Assembly (NCBI GenBank): GCA_035508515.1
Contig: DATJMW010000013.1
Location: 45,772-109,771 of the forward strand
Direction of reading: 5' to 3'
From: Solirubrobacteraceae bacterium
GTDB lineage: Bacteria; Actinomycetota; Thermoleophilia; Solirubrobacterales; Solirubrobacteraceae
DNA length: 64,000 nucleotides
In this document: positions 31,288-40,887 of the stretch, piece by piece
Layout of the letters: every line of letters begins with the position of its first letter
How positions within the stretch are numbered: position 1 is the stretch's first letter
The notes under the pieces: generated by a model
Told to the model about the DNA's origin: nothing
Seen by the model: only the letters and a program-made list of their open reading frames with translations
Databases searched by the model: none
Position numbers and translations under genes: made by a program

Positions 31288-32793
31288 CTACAGCTCCGCC
31301 AGCTCGGCGGTGATCTCCGACACCGCCGACTTCGCGTCGCCGAACAGCATCGAGGTCTTGGGGTCGTAGTACAGCTCGTTTTCGATGCCGGCGAAGCCGG
31401 GGTTCATCGAGCGCTTGATCACGATCACCGATGCGCTGTCGTTGACTTCGAGGATCGGCATGCCGTAGATCGGCGAGGAGGGCGTGTTCTTCGCGGCGGG
31501 GTTCGTGACGTCGTTGGCACCGATCACCAGCGAGACGTCGGTGCGCTGGAACTCGGGGTTGGCGTCGTCCATCTCCTTGAGCTGGTCGTAGGGGACGTCG
31601 GCCTCGGCGAGCAGCACGTTCATGTGCCCCGGCATGCGCCCGGCGACGGGGTGGATCGCATAGCTGACCTCGACGCCGCGTTTCTCGAGCTCCTTCGTCA
31701 GCTCGCGCACCGCGTGCTGGGCCTGCGCCACCGCCATGCCATAGCCGGGGACGACCACGACGCGGCTCGCGTAGGCCAGCTGGATCGCTGCGTCGGAGGC
31801 GCTGGTCGATTTCACCGTACCGGCGTGCTCGCCGGCGCCTTCGGCGCCCGCGACGGCGCCGCCGCCGCCGAAGCCACCCGCGACGATCGCCGGAATCGAG
31901 CGATTCATCGCGACCGCCATCAGGTTCGTGAGGATCGTGCCGGAGGCGCCGACGATCATGCCCGCGACGATCAGCGCGGGGTTGTTCAGAGCGACGCCCG
32001 TCGCCGCCGCGGACAGCCCCGTGAAGGCGTTCAGCAGCGAGATCACGACCGGCATGTCGGCGCCGCCGATCGGCAGCACGACAGCGTTGCCGAGCAGCGC
32101 GGCGACGACCAGCATGCCGATGAACAGGAGCTCGGAGTGCGCGCCGGCGACGAGATCGACGCCGGCGGCGAGCGCGAGCACGAGCAGCACGAGGTTGACG
32201 ATCTGCTGCGCGGAGCCGAACGAGATCGGGCGCCCGGGGATGATTTCCTGGAGCTTGCCGAAGGCGATGTTCGAGCCCCAGAAGGAGACCGAGCCGACGA
32301 TCGCGGCGAACACCGAGAAGATCGCGACGTACGTCGGCACGCCGCCGACGTGTACGGCGACGCCGGTGCCCACGACCGGGCCGCCGGGCACCTGGTGGCC
32401 GATTTCGAGCGTTTTCGACCCGTACGTCGAACCCTGGTGGCGGAACTCGACCCAGGAGATCAGCGCCACCGCGCCGCCGCCGACGCCGTTGAACAGCGCG
32501 ACCATCTGCGGCATCGCGGTCATCTTCACCTGGCGCGCCGCGGGCACGCCGACGGCGACGCCGAGCGCGACGCCGAGCGCGATCAGACCCCAGTTGCCCT
32601 CGCCCTTGTTCAGCAGCGTCGCCACGACCGCGATCGCCATGCCGACCGCAGCGATGCGGTTGCCGCGGACGGCCGTCGTCGGGCCGGCGAGGCCGCGCAG
32701 GCCCTGGATGAACAGCCCGAAGGCGATGATGTAGAGGACGTAGATGAAGTTGTCGCTCTGCAGGAACGACGTGGCGAGCGGCAGCGCGTTCAC
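31288..32793 (-). CDS. pntB: NAD(P) transhydrogenase subunit beta
   Basis: GGADMPVVISLLNAFTG, VPGYGMAVAQAQ, HPVAGRMPGHMNVLLAEA. Confidence 0.97.
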   Translation of the reverse strand: MNALPLATSFLQSDNFIYVLYIIAFGLFIQGLRGLAGPTTAVRGNRIAAVGMAIAVVATLLNKGEGNWGLIALGVALGVAVGVPAARQVKMTAMPQMVALFNGVGGGAVALISWVEFRHQGSTYGSKTLEIGHQVPGGPVVGTGVAVHVGGVPTYVAIFSVFAAIVGSVSFWGSNIAFGKLQEIIPGRPISFGSAQQIVNLVLLVLALAAGVDLVAGAHSELLFIGMLVVAALLGNAVVLPIGGADMPVVISLLNAFTGLSAAATGVALNNPALIVAGMIVGASGTILTNLMAVAMNRSIPAIVAGGFGGGGAVAGAEGAGEHAGTVKSTSASDAAIQLAYASRVVVVPGYGMAVAQAQHAVRELTKELEKRGVEVSYAIHPVAGRMPGHMNVLLAEADVPYDQLKEMDDANPEFQRTDVSLVIGANDVTNPAAKNTPSSPIYGMPILEVNDSASVIVIKRSMNPGFAGIENELYYDPKTSMLFGDAKSAVSEITAELAEL

Positions 32794-33122
32794 GAGCCCC
32801 CTCCCTGCCCGTCGTCCTCGCCCTTGGGCTTCGGCTTGGACTTGAACATCTCGAGCATGCGGTCGGTGACGAGGAAGCCGCCGATCACGTTGATCGTCCC
32901 GAACGCCACGGCGATCACGAGCAGCGCCTTGCTGAGGCCGTCGAGGCCCGCGAGTCCGAGCAGGAGCAGGCCGCCGAGCACGACGATCCCGTGGATCGCG
33001 TTCGTGCCGGACATCAGCGGCGTGTGCAGCGTGTTCGGGACCTTCGAGATGACGACGAAGCCAAGGAAGCCGGCGAGCACGAGGATCGCGAGGTTCGTCG
33101 TGAGCGTGCTGGCCAGGATCAT
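32790..33122 (-). CDS. pntA: NAD(P) transhydrogenase subunit alpha, membrane part
   Basis: VPNTLHTPLMSGTNAIHG, GGFLVTDRMLEMF. Confidence 0.95.
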   Translation of the reverse strand: MILASTLTTNLAILVLAGFLGFVVISKVPNTLHTPLMSGTNAIHGIVVLGGLLLLGLAGLDGLSKALLVIAVAFGTINVIGGFLVTDRMLEMFKSKPKPKGEDDGQGGGS

Positions 33123-34264
33123 GCGGGGGCTCCTCCCGATGCCTTCTCCACGGTTGCCTTCGCGGCCTCGTTGACGATCTGCCCGTCGCGCACGACGCAG
33201 GCGCCGGCGACGATCTCGTCGTCGAAGTCGAGGTTCAGCTTCCCCTCCTCGTCGACGAACAGCTCCAGCAGCGCGAGCACGTTGCGCGCGAACAGCTGCG
33301 AGGAGTGCTCGGGCATGCTCGACGGCAGGTTCAGCGGCGAGACGATCTTCACGTCGTGCTTGACGACGGTCTGGCCGGGCTCGGTCAGCTCGCAGTTGCC
33401 GCCGGTCTCGCCGGCCATGTCGATGATCACGGAGCCGGGCTTCATGCCTTCGACGGCCTCGGCGGTGACGAGTTTCGGCGCGGGGCGCCCGGGCACGAGC
33501 GCGGTGGTGATCACGACGTCGAAGCCCTTGATCGCGTCGGTCAGCGCCTGCTGCTGGCGCGCGCGCTCCTCGTCGGTCAGCTCGCGGGCGTAGCCGCCCT
33601 CGCCGCTAGCCTCCAGGCCAAGGTCGAGCCACATGGCGCCGAGCGACTGGACCTGCTCGGCGACCTCGGGGCGGACGTCGTAGCCGGTCGTGCGGGCGCC
33701 AAGGCGCTTCGCGGTCGCGAGCGCCTGCAGCCCTGCGACGCCGACCCCCAGCACGAGCACCTTCGCCGGCGGGATCGTGCCCGCGGCGGTCATCAGCATC
33801 GGGTAGAAGCGGCCCATCTCCTCGGCGCCGAGCAGCGCGGCCTTGTAGCCGCCGACGTTCGCCTGCGAGGAAAGCGCGTCCATGGACTGGGCGCGCGAGA
33901 TGCGCGGGATCGACTCCATCGCGAAGGCCGTGGCGCCGGCGTCGGCGAGCGCCTTCGTCGTCTGCGGGCTCGACAGCGGCGCGAGGAAGCCGATCAGGAT
34001 CGAGCCCTGGCCGAGCGCGCGGATCTGCTCGGGGTCGGGCGGGGAGATCGTCAGCACGACGTCGCTGCGCCAGATCTCGCCGGCGTCCTGGGTCAGCTCG
34101 GCGCCCGCCGCCGTGAAGGCGTCGTCGGGCACGAGCGCGTCGGTGCCCGCGCCGCTCTGCACGAGCACGTCGAGGCCCTTGCCCTTCAGCTTGCCAACGA
34201 CCTCGGGCACGAGCGCAACCCGGTGCTCGCCCCCCGCGGTCTCCTTCGGAACACCTATCCGCAT
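33119..34264 (-). CDS. pntA: NAD(P) transhydrogenase subunit alpha, NAD(H)-binding domain
   Basis: MRIGVPKE, RISRAQSMDALSSQ, VLGVGVAGLQA, TTALVPGRPAP. Confidence 0.96.
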   Translation of the reverse strand: MRIGVPKETAGGEHRVALVPEVVGKLKGKGLDVLVQSGAGTDALVPDDAFTAAGAELTQDAGEIWRSDVVLTISPPDPEQIRALGQGSILIGFLAPLSSPQTTKALADAGATAFAMESIPRISRAQSMDALSSQANVGGYKAALLGAEEMGRFYPMLMTAAGTIPPAKVLVLGVGVAGLQALATAKRLGARTTGYDVRPEVAEQVQSLGAMWLDLGLEASGEGGYARELTDEERARQQQALTDAIKGFDVVITTALVPGRPAPKLVTAEAVEGMKPGSVIIDMAGETGGNCELTEPGQTVVKHDVKIVSPLNLPSSMPEHSSQLFARNVLALLELFVDEEGKLNLDFDDEIVAGACVVRDGQIVNEAAKATVEKASGGAPA

Positions 34265-34406
34265 GAAGGGCGGGAACGTATCCGATTGAGAAGACGCGCG
34301 GTGTGCCGATCCGCACACATGCGCTCGGCGGGCCTATCATCGGGGGTCCCGCAGGTTGCCCTCCGGCATGTCGCCGGGGACCCGGCGGCGCGAGAGCCGA
34401 GCAACG

Positions 34407-35006
34407 ATGACCGTCAATCTCACCCGCATCTACACGAAGCTCGGCGACGGCGGGGAGACCCACTTGGGCGACATGAGCCGTGTCTCCAAGGTGCACCCGC
34501 GGGTCGAGGCCTACGGCACGGTCGACGAGCTCAACGCGACGATCGGTGTAGCGCTGCTCGCCCCTGGGATGCCCGAGCAGTTCGCGAAGTGGCTTGCGCG
34601 CGTGCAGAACGACCTGCTCGACATCGGCGCCGATCTGTCGGTCCCCCCGGGCGAGGACGCCGAGCGAGCGCGCCTGCGAGTCGGATCGGACTACACCGAG
34701 TGGCTGGAGGCCGCGTGCGACGAGGTCAACGCGACGCTGGCGCCACTGCGCTCGTTCGTGATCCCCGGCGGCACGCCCCCCGCGGCCTACCTGCACGTCT
34801 GCCGCACCGTCTGCCGCCGCGCCGAGCGCCGCGCGATCGCGGTCGGCCCCGAGGGCAACGCCGAGGTGGTGCGCTACCTGAACCGGCTCTCCGATTTGCT
34901 GTTCATCCTCAGTCGCGCCGCCAACAACGAGGGCCCGAACGCCGAGCAACCCGAGTCGCTGTGGCAACCCGGCGCCCACGGGGCCGGGGCGCGGGACGGC
35001 GACTAG
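34407..35006 (+). CDS. PduO-type ATP:cob(I)alamin adenosyltransferase
   Basis: IYTKLGDGGET, RVEAYGTVDELNA, RTVCRRAERR, YLNRLSDLLF. Confidence 0.93.
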   Translation: MTVNLTRIYTKLGDGGETHLGDMSRVSKVHPRVEAYGTVDELNATIGVALLAPGMPEQFAKWLARVQNDLLDIGADLSVPPGEDAERARLRVGSDYTEWLEAACDEVNATLAPLRSFVIPGGTPPAAYLHVCRTVCRRAERRAIAVGPEGNAEVVRYLNRLSDLLFILSRAANNEGPNAEQPESLWQPGAHGAGARDGD

Positions 35007-35689
35007 CGCCTACGCGGCCAGCGCCTGTCGGCGGCCCGCAGGCAGGAGACGGCCAGCGCGATCCACAGCGTGCCGAGCAGGTAGCCGCCGAGCACGTCGC
35101 TGGGCATGTGCCACACGCGGATCAGCAGCGCCACGCCGACGGCGGCTATGAAGGCGAGCGCGAGCGGGGCCGCGAGCGCCCACCAGCGCCGCGGGGTCAC
35201 GAGCAGCGCGCTGAGCGCCAGCGCCGTCGCCGCGGTGGCGTGCCCGCTGGGCCAGGAGCCGGCTCCGATCGTGCGCCCGAAGCCAACGTGCGGTTCGGCG
35301 AGCAGCGGCTTGAGCAGGTCCGCGCTGATCGGCGCGAACGCCATCACGACGGCGACCGCGAGCGCCAGGCGCGGACGGTTCCGGGCGATCGCGAACAGCA
35401 CGATCGCCGCCGCCCAGATCGTGAACGGCCCCGGTTCCAGCAGGTGCAACAGCCCGCGCGCGACGTCGTTGACGCGTTCGCCTTCGATCAGGGCGAAGTG
35501 GCGCAGCAGCTCGGCGTCGCGGACGCGGGTCGCTTCGACGTGGGTCGCGAGCAGCCACAGCACCGCGAGCGCGACGACGCACAGGCCCGCCAGCAGCAAC
35601 GGCGCGGAGACGCTTCCGCGGGCGCGCGGCGAGCGAGAGCTCGAGCCGTGTTGCGGCAGCGCGACTGCGGGATATGCCCCGGTCGACAT
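35003..35689 (-). CDS. PAP2 family membrane phosphatase
   Basis: LKPLL, SWPSGHA, WHMPSDVLGG motifs and several TM helices. Confidence 0.85.
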   Translation of the reverse strand: MSTGAYPAVALPQHGSSSRSPRARGSVSAPLLLAGLCVVALAVLWLLATHVEATRVRDAELLRHFALIEGERVNDVARGLLHLLEPGPFTIWAAAIVLFAIARNRPRLALAVAVVMAFAPISADLLKPLLAEPHVGFGRTIGAGSWPSGHATAATALALSALLVTPRRWWALAAPLALAFIAAVGVALLIRVWHMPSDVLGGYLLGTLWIALAVSCLRAADRRWPRRR

Positions 35690-35730
35690 GCCTACAGGGT
35701 AGGAGCGACGCTAAAGCGGCGCTGAACCGC

Positions 35731-37311
35731 TCATCCGACGGGGAATGTCTTCCCCGCGAGCGCGATCAGCGCCTGCGCCGTGACCCAAGCCGGCGTCTGC
35801 GCGCTGGTGCGCGAGTAGCGGATGCTGCCGTCGGGCGCGAGCAGGCTTTCCAGGTAGGCGATCGGCGAGCGGCTGCCCTTGCGGCGGACCGACCCGGGGT
35901 CGGTGCCCGCGGCGATCAGCCCCTGCACCGCCCAGGCGGTCGACTGCGCGTTCGATTCCCCGCCGTACTCCTGCGGGAAGCCGCCATCGGCACCCTGGGA
36001 GCGGGTCAGGTAGCCGACGGCGCGCGCGAGCAAGCCGCGGTTGCGCGCCCCGGCGGCGGCGAGCGCCTGGAGCGCGGCGCCGGTGTCGTCGACGTCACTG
36101 CGCGAACCGCGCCCGCCGAAGCCGAAGCCGCCGTCGCGGTTCTGCTGCTGCTCGATCCAGCCCGCGGCTTTGCGGATCGGGCTGTAGCTCGCCGAGTGGC
36201 CGCCGGCGCGCAGCGCGAAGACGGCGAAGGCGCTGAGGTTGACCTGATGCGCGAACGAGCCGTCTGCGCCCCGCGCCCGCAGCGTTTCGGCGACGAGGTT
36301 CCTGCCGGCGAACGAGTAGGGCGAGGCGCCGCATGCGCGGGCCGCGAGGATCGTGCGCTCGACGTCGCCGAGGCTGCGGACCGTCGCGGCTTCGCCGCGC
36401 AGCGAGTCGAGCAGCGAGTGGCCGTCGCGCTTCACGGCAGCGGGGTTGCGGCCCGCGGCGGCGAACCCCATCGCGACCCAGGCGGTGTACAGCTCGCCGC
36501 TGCGCTGTGAAGTGGTCGCCCCGTAGCCGCCGTCGGGGTTCTGCGCGCGCGTCAGGTAGCCGAGCTCGCGCGAGAGCGACGCCGCATCGGCGGCGCGCGG
36601 CAGCGCCAGCGAAGCCCCGGCTCCGGCCGCGAGCACGAGCACCAGCACAAGCGAAGAGGCGGAGAGATGAGGAAGGAGCCGCGTGCCGGCGCTTGGCGGC
36701 TGCGCCTCCTCCCACTGCACGTCCATCCGCGCCCGCGTGCGCGCCAGCAGCCGTGCGAGCTCCGGGCCGAAGGCGATCCCGAACAGGAAGCTCGCGACGG
36801 TGTCGGTGAGATCGAAGGGCAGGCCGGTGCCCGCGATCGCGAGGAACGCCGCCGGGGTGTGGCTCGCGCCGATCGTCCACTGATAGAGGTTCATCACCTC
36901 CTTGGCCGCGAACGCCGCCAGCGCGCAGGCGAGCGCGAGCTGCACCCGGTTCAGGCGGCGCCGGCTGAGCGCCCCCAGCGCCGCGCCCGCGAGCCCGACG
37001 CCCCCCCACGCGGCCATCTGCCACGGCGTGTAGGGGCCCTGGCCGAGCACGAAGTTCGAGGCGAGCATGCCGAGCGCGCCGACGCTGAAGCCGGGCAGCG
37101 GGCCGAGCGCGTAGCCGACGACGAGCGCCATCGCGGTGATCGGCTTGACGTCGGGGATCGCGACGAAGGCGTCGCGCCCGAGCGCCGCGACCGCGGCGAG
37201 CGTCGCGACGACGGCGATCATCCGCGCCGAGGGACGGGCGCGCTCATAGGCGAGCCAGCCGAGCAGCAACACGACGCCGACGAGCAGGAACGAGGCCAGC
37301 GGCCAGCTCAC
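35731..37311 (-). CDS. ECF S component fused to a prenyltransferase/squalene-cyclase-repeat (alpha/alpha barrel) domain
   Basis: N-half: PDVKPITAMALVVG...GQGPYTPWQMAAWG (S component). C-half: QNPDGGYG, QQNRDGGFG, SQGADGGFP repeats. Confidence 0.82.
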   Translation of the reverse strand: MSWPLASFLLVGVVLLLGWLAYERARPSARMIAVVATLAAVAALGRDAFVAIPDVKPITAMALVVGYALGPLPGFSVGALGMLASNFVLGQGPYTPWQMAAWGGVGLAGAALGALSRRRLNRVQLALACALAAFAAKEVMNLYQWTIGASHTPAAFLAIAGTGLPFDLTDTVASFLFGIAFGPELARLLARTRARMDVQWEEAQPPSAGTRLLPHLSASSLVLVLVLAAGAGASLALPRAADAASLSRELGYLTRAQNPDGGYGATTSQRSGELYTAWVAMGFAAAGRNPAAVKRDGHSLLDSLRGEAATVRSLGDVERTILAARACGASPYSFAGRNLVAETLRARGADGSFAHQVNLSAFAVFALRAGGHSASYSPIRKAAGWIEQQQNRDGGFGFGGRGSRSDVDDTGAALQALAAAGARNRGLLARAVGYLTRSQGADGGFPQEYGGESNAQSTAWAVQGLIAAGTDPGSVRRKGSRSPIAYLESLLAPDGSIRYSRTSAQTPAWVTAQALIALAGKTFPVG

Positions 37312-38984
37312 GAGAGCACCGCCTCGACGGCCGAGTCGCGGCGCAGCAGCTCGGCGCCCTGCTCGGGCAGCAGCGCCCCGCCCGCGCCCCCGAGGATCCG
37401 CGCGGTCTCGGTGGCGAAGTACCAGCCGCCCGCGAGCAGCTCCTCGACGGGGCCGTCGGCGATCACGCGCCCGTCGGCGAGCAGCACGGCGCGGCGCGCG
37501 CAGGACGCGGCGAACTCCGGGTCGTGCGTCGCGACGATCACGGCCTGTCCGGCGGCGGCTCGGGCGCGCAGCTCGTCTGCGAGCCCGGCCTTCGCGCCGC
37601 GGTCCATCCCCCGCGTCGGCTCGTCCAGCGCGAGCACGGCGGGCGGCTCGCCGTCAGTGACGATCGCGAGCGCGAGGCGCTGGCGCTCGCCGCCGGAGAG
37701 ATCGCGCGGGTGGCGCGCCGCGAGCGCCTCCAGGCCCGCGGCGGCGAGCGCCTGCCGCGAGGCCTCCTCGACGACGCGCTCGCGAACGAAGTAGTCGCCG
37801 GGGTTCTGTAGCAGCAGCGCCACGCGCCCCGCCCGCTCGACCCGGCCGCGCGTCGGCTCCAGCAGGCCCGCGGCGTGTCGCAGCAGCGTCGACTTGCCGG
37901 CGCCGTTGCGGCCCATCAGCGCCACGGTCTCGCCTGCCGCCAGGCGCAGCGAGGCGCCGCGCAGGATCGCGGGCCCCTCGCGCAGCTCATGCCACACCTC
38001 GCGCAGGTCGAGCGCCGCCGGTGCCTCGCCGCGCTTCGGCCACGGCCACGCTCGGCGAGCGGCGGACCGGGGCGCGGAGGTGGCGGGTGACGCGCTCGCG
38101 ACCGGCCCAGGCGCCGCCGGTTCGGACAGGTGCGGGCCAGCCCCCCCGCCGGGCAGCAACCCGTGAGCGCGCAGCTCGGCGCGCGCCTGCCTGACCCCCA
38201 CCGGCGCCGGCTCCAGGCCCGCGAGCGAGAACAGCTTCGCGCCGGGCGTCTGCAACGCCGGCCTGTGCTCGCCGGCCCAGCGCAGGAAGTCGCGCGGGGC
38301 GCCGTCGCAGGCGATGCGCCCGCCGTCGAGGGCGATCACGCGGTCCGCGGCGTTCAGGCAACGCTCGAGGCGATGCTCGGCGAGCACGATCGTCATCTCC
38401 CACTCCTGATTCAGGCGCCGCAGCAGCCCGATCAGCTCGTCGCCGGCGACTGGGTCCAGCTGCGAGGTGGGCTCGTCGAGCAGCAGCAGGCGCGGGCTGC
38501 CGGCGAGCGCGGCGCCGAGCGCCACGCGCTGCTTCTCCCCGCCGGAGAGCTCGTGCGTCGAGCGATCGAGCAGTGCGTCGATGCCGAGCGCGAGCGCCAC
38601 CTCCTCGACGCCGCGCGCGACCGCGGCCCCGGCCCCGCCGCGGCTTTCGAGCGCGAGCGACAGCTCGGCCCGCACCGAGCTGGTGACGAGCTGCGTCTCG
38701 GGGTCCTGGAACAAGGCCCCCGCCAGCGTTCCGAGCTCCGCGGGCCGGTGCTCGCGCGTGTCGAGGCCCGCCAGCTCGACGCGCCCGGCGAAGCGCCCGC
38801 CGTGGAAGTGCGGGACGAGCCCGCAGGCCGCGCCGAGCAACGAGGACTTGCCGCTCCCGGAGAGGCCCGCAAGCAGGCAGAACTCGCCCGGGTGCAGCTC
38901 GAAGCTGACGTCGCTCAGCGCGGGCCGGTCGGCTCCGGGATAGGAGTAGCCGACGCGCTCGAAGCGCAGCAGCGCGGCGCTCAT
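37308..38984 (-). CDS. ECF transporter double ATPase (A-A' fusion)
   Basis: Two Walker A motifs ([16 protein letters not shown]), LSGGEKQR/LSGGERQR, LDEPT twice. Confidence 0.92.
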   Translation of the reverse strand: MSAALLRFERVGYSYPGADRPALSDVSFELHPGEFCLLAGLSGSGKSSLLGAACGLVPHFHGGRFAGRVELAGLDTREHRPAELGTLAGALFQDPETQLVTSSVRAELSLALESRGGAGAAVARGVEEVALALGIDALLDRSTHELSGGEKQRVALGAALAGSPRLLLLDEPTSQLDPVAGDELIGLLRRLNQEWEMTIVLAEHRLERCLNAADRVIALDGGRIACDGAPRDFLRWAGEHRPALQTPGAKLFSLAGLEPAPVGVRQARAELRAHGLLPGGGAGPHLSEPAAPGPVASASPATSAPRSAARRAWPWPKRGEAPAALDLREVWHELREGPAILRGASLRLAAGETVALMGRNGAGKSTLLRHAAGLLEPTRGRVERAGRVALLLQNPGDYFVRERVVEEASRQALAAAGLEALAARHPRDLSGGERQRLALAIVTDGEPPAVLALDEPTRGMDRGAKAGLADELRARAAAGQAVIVATHDPEFAASCARRAVLLADGRVIADGPVEELLAGGWYFATETARILGGAGGALLPEQGAELLRRDSAVEAVLS

Positions 38985-39901
38985 CGCTCGATCCCCCTGC
39001 GGTCGGCGAACGGCAGCAGGATCGCGAGGCACAGCCCCACCCCGAGCACGAGCGTGCCGAGATGCAGCGGCATCGCGATCTGCGGATAGGCATCGAAGCG
39101 CGCGGCCCCCGTGAGGCGCCCGGCGAGCGCAAGCGCGAGCACGGCGGCGGCCGAGGCGCCGAAGGCGAGGTCGTGACGTGAGAGCGGGCGGCGCAGCGAG
39201 CCGCCGCCGCCACGCTCGCGGACGCCCCTCCGATCGCGGCGCATCGCGGCGAAGCCGCGAACCTCGAGCGTCGCGGCGACGTCCATCGCGCGGTCGAGCG
39301 AGCCGCCGACGACGGCGCTCAGCAGCGCTACCCGCGCCCGCGCGCCGCCGGGGGCGCCGCCGGGCCGCGTGCGCTGCGCCTCCGCGAGCCGCTGCGCGTC
39401 GGCGGCGAGCAGCGGGATCATGCGGGTGGCGATCGTGGCCGTCAGCGCCGAGCGAAACGAGAAGCGGCGGAACAGGCGCAGCAGCTCGTCGGGGTCGACG
39501 GCGAGCCCCGCGAGCGTGGTGACGAGGATCAGCAACGCGACCTTCAGGCCGATCACGCTGCCGTAGACGACGGCCTCGACGGTGAGATCGCCCTGCCCGA
39601 AGGGGCCAAGGTCGCCGACGCGGGCGAACACCGTCAGCCCGTCGCGGTCGACGAGCACGTTCACGAGCACGATCGGCACCGCGACGATCAGCGCCGTGCG
39701 CAGGGCGCGCAGCAGCGGGTGGCCGACGCCGGCGCCCGCCCCGGCGCCGAGCACGGCGAGCAGCATCGCGCACAGGATCAGCGGCTGGTAGAGGATCAGC
39801 GCGGCGGATGTCAGCGCGATCGCCCAGACGGCGCCGATGCCGGCGCGGGTGGCGTGCAGCGGGCTGGGCAGACGCCGGTAGAAGAACGAGGAGGAGCCCA
39901 T
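38981..39901 (-). CDS. ECF transporter T component
   Basis: TM helices, RMIPLLAADAQRLAEAQRTR and LEVRGF (XRX motifs). Confidence 0.88.
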   Translation of the reverse strand: MGSSSFFYRRLPSPLHATRAGIGAVWAIALTSAALILYQPLILCAMLLAVLGAGAGAGVGHPLLRALRTALIVAVPIVLVNVLVDRDGLTVFARVGDLGPFGQGDLTVEAVVYGSVIGLKVALLILVTTLAGLAVDPDELLRLFRRFSFRSALTATIATRMIPLLAADAQRLAEAQRTRPGGAPGGARARVALLSAVVGGSLDRAMDVAATLEVRGFAAMRRDRRGVRERGGGGSLRRPLSRHDLAFGASAAAVLALALAGRLTGAARFDAYPQIAMPLHLGTLVLGVGLCLAILLPFADRRGIER

Positions 39902-40860
39902 CAGGCACCGGGCCTCGTCGGCAGCGCCAGCGCGGCGCCGGCTGGCGTCACGGCGACGGCGAAGCGATCGCGCAGCGTCCCCGCGGCGAATGCCCGCGAG
40001 GCGGCATCGACCCCGGCGGCGTCGGTGCCGGTGACGGCCCACAGCGGGACGGACCCGCCGGGCCCCGCGGCGCCACGCGTGGCGGCGATCAGGCCGGAAC
40101 CGGCGGCGAGCGTCTGCGTCACGCGCCCGTCGGCGTCGAGCAGCGCGAGCGAGCCGCCGCCGCGCTGGAAGCGTGCGTACACGCCGTTGGCCCGTGGCCC
40201 TTCGCGCAGCGTCGCGAGCGCCGGTTCGGCGGCGAGCTCATGCCAGGTGCCGACGGCGACGCGCAGCGTCTGCGTCGCCCCGGCCGCCCCGCCGAGCGCG
40301 GAGACCGCAGCGGGGACACCCTGCGCCCGCAGCCGCTTCGTGACGGTGGTGCACGCCTCACCCCCCGCCTGCGCGCATTCGACCCGCACCGGCAGCCGCT
40401 TGCCGCCAAGGCCGTGCAGGAACGGCTCGGGGAAGGAGCCGACGACCGCGGGCACGTCGTCGGTCTGGCTCCAGTCGTGCCGGTCCCACCAGATGCGATC
40501 GCCGGGGTGCACGGTGGTGGTCGCGGCGCCTTCGCTCGCCTCGACGCCGTTGACGTAGTAGAACCAATCCACGGGCGAGCCGCCTTCGTGGCCGCCTTCG
40601 AGGCCGTCGATCCCCTGCACGAAGGCGCCGCCGTAGCGCGTGCTCACCCTGACGTTGCGTCGCAGCAGGCTCATCGCCGTCTCCTGCCCGCGCAGCTTCG
40701 GGGCGCCGGCGGCATCGATCGTGACGGCGCCGAAGTCACGCGTCACGAGCAGTTGCACGCCGCCGGGCGCCTTGCCGGCGCCGAGGCCGCAGCCCGAGAC
40801 GACGGCAGCGAGCGCCGCGAGCGCCCCCGCCAGCAGGCCCTCGCGGCGTCGCGGGCTCAT
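39901..40860 (-). CDS. DUF4430 (transcobalamin-like C-terminal domain) lipoprotein
   Basis: Lipobox AVVSGC, TRYGGAFVQGIDG and DWFYYVNG...GA...GDRIWWD. Confidence 0.8.
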   Translation of the reverse strand: MSPRRREGLLAGALAALAAVVSGCGLGAGKAPGGVQLLVTRDFGAVTIDAAGAPKLRGQETAMSLLRRNVRVSTRYGGAFVQGIDGLEGGHEGGSPVDWFYYVNGVEASEGAATTTVHPGDRIWWDRHDWSQTDDVPAVVGSFPEPFLHGLGGKRLPVRVECAQAGGEACTTVTKRLRAQGVPAAVSALGGAAGATQTLRVAVGTWHELAAEPALATLREGPRANGVYARFQRGGGSLALLDADGRVTQTLAAGSGLIAATRGAAGPGGSVPLWAVTGTDAAGVDAASRAFAAGTLRDRFAVAVTPAGAALALPTRPGA

Positions 40861-40887
40861 CGCCGGGCTCGCACCTGGGCGTTGGTC

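Noticed and set aside
35731-36600. Squalene-hopene cyclase activity for the barrel domain
   Set aside because: It has only a single short barrel, no DXDD catalytic motif, and no hopanoid genes nearby.
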